From a virus (lineage: Duplodnaviria; Caudoviricetes), in IMG/VR virus record IMGVR_UViG_3300007229_000070, positions 1 through 25,949 of that record: DNA of 25,949 nt; one strand, written 5' to 3'. The notes beneath the pieces were generated by a model, which searched no databases, was not told the origin of the DNA, and was given only the letters and a program-made list of their open reading frames with translations. Position 1 is the first letter of the stretch. The number at the start of each line of letters is the position of its first letter. This document shows, piece after piece, positions 25,701 to 25,949 of the stretch. The translations under genes were made by a program, and so were the position numbers.

Positions 25701-25949
25701 TACAAGCCAAAAAGGTAAAGAGATAAAAGCTCAAGTTGAAGAAGAGTTATTGTCAGATGGTGTATATAAAGCATTAGATATTTTTAAAAATGGAACGATA
25801 GACGGTGAACCAATAAGGATGAACAAGGGTGATCTTGTTAACTTGTTCGGAGCTGAAATTGTAAAAAAACTACCAAGCACAATGTACACAACAAACGGTG
25901 GAATGCTCCCTAGTGTAGTGGCAAGCATCATGGGATTTTCCGATGTAGG
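19741..25949 (+). CDS. Giant internal virion/ejection protein of large-polyvalent-protein type (>=2069 aa, 3' truncated): Gly-zipper TM + ADP-ribosyltransferase + HDxxGH domain + putative second ART-like domain + zincin metallopeptidase
   Basis: Absent from the ORF track because it has no stop in the window. Hand translation from ATG 19741 (AAGGA RBS, 1 nt after the previous stop) stays open to the end. Motifs: GAIAGSVVPVKGTAIGGAIGFGVG (~20600-20690), AYHGT..GYGVYFA (22318-22404), HDYFGH (23350-23367), HNLS..GGLAVPSLAV..FGEISL (23668-23784), ADPSTFLHETGH (25144-25179), HELFARTFESYLMEGKAP (25330-25383). Confidence 0.92.
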   Translation, partial: MEDNGYNEYDEVITGNEPEQQEGPVNEYDDVVDGMLGDQKNVVKETIKLASTKDPLRSKDVFNISKKNNLPSNIVDKNLDQFKAKEKEDSFQYDELLKINPGLSKWLENPDHAAIAQKEIEPLKRVERAAFKIRKNKKDERFTKQLDSALYTGWNQLNTSAQFVMSAYGVGNNKDIAQNISSNAKRAQELKGQKPEFSKEFDKEMASDVKDIDEAFEQFKGSYEELRKGNIIDALTDFAAGGAKTVGETLELVGSAVIRPKGLVYSSTESLANSFPSIITGFAGMKAGAIAGSVVPVKGTAIGGAIGFGVGTFAGSVLTEIGGAISEDLAERGVDLTDPIAVEKMLNNKEYMQTVIERAQRKGIGTAAVDGIFNMFAGKALAGVKKAAKETGKAVGKTALVKAGTKDVIADMAGEGIGEFVGQVAKEKSLKGVSIGQAIQEGTTSLGSSINDVAIGAASKIRQEFIDDPIKSAEDVVNDAQNAIESIQEIQAVNDLSIAIKEAKNTSEAQDAIRNLVESANDEGESSSVYFQVDDFNNFWNSKGESPLAKAYEISDEVGKSYAEASALGSDIEIPIGDYAETIAKTDDADGLLNSVKTRSDGMNLNQANKTMNELPSVMKQLSEQVAKLQDDEFIQSAKEVKSRVKDQLKLAGMNDKDAELQANLYEGRIKTRAILRGKDPLELFREQNLEIRKTGQQVVRDNTTYDEILKNKKLKEENNKKAGIKELKVEQLQGEALTLAEQAIDTEVEQMIYEISQSEKGNKIFTEAETGGAPIVDMQQSTFPKWYREVQAKNKQSFGKTALSKKGAVYKRIRTVAIERLKNGYENIHSGQVEPDQTFKALLGIQEDKASDFDLFQSAYHGTKEDFKTFDFDKAENTRHGYGVYFAANKAIADMYRKMRVARSPQKVGDRKSMDQVKDTEGTVKEVDLNVENLPILDLDKKISEQGDIIKEIAKSYKGVKTGNELYKAVSKELGGDKEASQFLDSKGIYGATLVTPDKFIKETFGDSERYFIAYSDKLINKDNNNEGRETGQRENELAIPEITTELEGKPKGIKHNQEARQVAREYLKEAGIEERQQSEYVKVNVQRAKRISKAFEEMKHDPENQEVKEAYQAMIDETLAQYQSIKNTGLKIEMITADMENPYPNGSQDMFKDLDNGHLWFFPTEQGFGSSDQVQDNPLLQQTDESIDGYQLAANDLFRIVHDYFGHYKEGSSFGPRGEENAWQSHVRMYSPKAARAMTTETRGQNSWVNYGPKGKENRENPANTTFADQKVGLLPEWVLIEGQSSDADKAVPGEKTKEEIKDLFVTHNLSERNLKHALKVGGLAVPSLAVTKKGKSLENFGEISLIARPDMLETKGAKTFNADVYSPRYPSIDYTIPKAGRKKYEDIVGSINEEIFNDSTDYNKIEGSGLRALQEDKALMYAFLESKGIDPIVAYESIEPEKVEAYREAGFEKFFGGQGMLDAQNKEFVKLVKEFHINELGNKVDQEDISDIQEALDDPRGHYLDRVLYSVKEDMGLINDTQEIDKRETETNIKKQIFDDPTLTEEFDQYASDVYDTLDIKEKVFKDTNPNTGAIRYIPHTLDNVVKLMKKSLRDGENFNYGVGSIRSKVAKQFKSIEEMGKDRDKVVSKEEFEAIKEEIDREFGDLFDKVQAEVKHYDGWGSLDLFSEHLKEVAETNINSLDQYYNLSDETKQEVVDFLDKLKNMETEYFESKVQRAVDIDEFQAAIIPENTSDETKKILKGLGLDIVEYNDDNRQEVTENYTDSQAEKILFQGGKQDPKGQISVGKDFFRIDLLAKADPSTFLHETGHLFLEEMREDYNFIVAQGSNRTEVQQKFMEDVSAILTHLGVESFNAIETKHHELFARTFESYLMEGKAPTKELQTAFSRFRAWLITVYREIKNLNAPLTDEVRGLMDRMLATEDEINAAIKEQGIKSLITKEMESKVDKNKLKTYQELRDLFSKEAKDKMSINLAKSWKKEQELFTSQKGKEIKAQVEEELLSDGVYKALDIFKNGTIDGEPIRMNKGDLVNLFGAEIVKKLPSTMYTTNGGMLPSVVASIMGFSDV

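Noticed and set aside
3234-25931. Many minus-strand ORFs (60-136 aa) opposite the late genes, and short plus-strand alternative-frame ORFs (13039, 18208, 22001)
   Set aside because: They overlap well-supported plus-strand genes, including the giant ORF. Their S/L/F/I-rich composition is typical of antisense shadows, and I saw no family motifs.
19740-25949. Apparent 6 kb gene-poor region suggesting non-coding DNA, a pseudogene or a recoded genetic code
   Set aside because: It is a single open plus-strand frame that the track omitted because there is no stop codon in the window. TAA, TAG and TGA all end genes normally elsewhere, so there is no evidence of recoding.
1-25949. tRNA, rRNA, CRISPR array, integrase/att site or IS element
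   Set aside because: Coding density is nearly complete, and I saw no cloverleaf, regularly spaced repeats or recombinase/transposase motifs. Lifestyle and host cannot be determined from this window.

Overview
AT-rich (roughly 35-38% GC by eye, not computed) fragment of a tailed dsDNA phage genome with podovirus-type architecture of the Bordetella BPP-1 / Salmonella epsilon15 style. Left end (1-2766, minus strand) is an early/recombination operon: small hypotheticals, a ribbon-helix-helix regulator, an ERF-family single-strand annealing protein and a YqaJ/lambda-type exonuclease that runs off the left edge. An AT-rich divergent promoter region (~2759-2907) separates it from a long plus-strand late operon: TerS, a ~3.3 kb block of membrane/coiled-coil/fibre-like genes, TerL, GNAT, portal, Bbp19-like protein, scaffold, major capsid, Bbp16-like cement, terminator, tail adaptor, epsilon15 gp10-like staple, tail nozzle and three internal (ejection) proteins. 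The last ejection protein is missing from the supplied ORF track. I translated it by hand: it is open from 19741 to the window end (>=2069 aa). It carries a glycine-zipper membrane segment, an ART-PolyVal-like ADP-ribosyltransferase, an unassigned HDxxGH domain, a second putative split ART-like domain and an HExxH zincin metallopeptidase, with the cargo block bracketed by two LFQ-[S/G] motifs. This possible injected, self-processing effector polyprotein is the most interesting element. No tRNA, rRNA, CRISPR, integrase, transposase or reverse transcriptase was seen. Family assignments come from motif recognition, not database searches.
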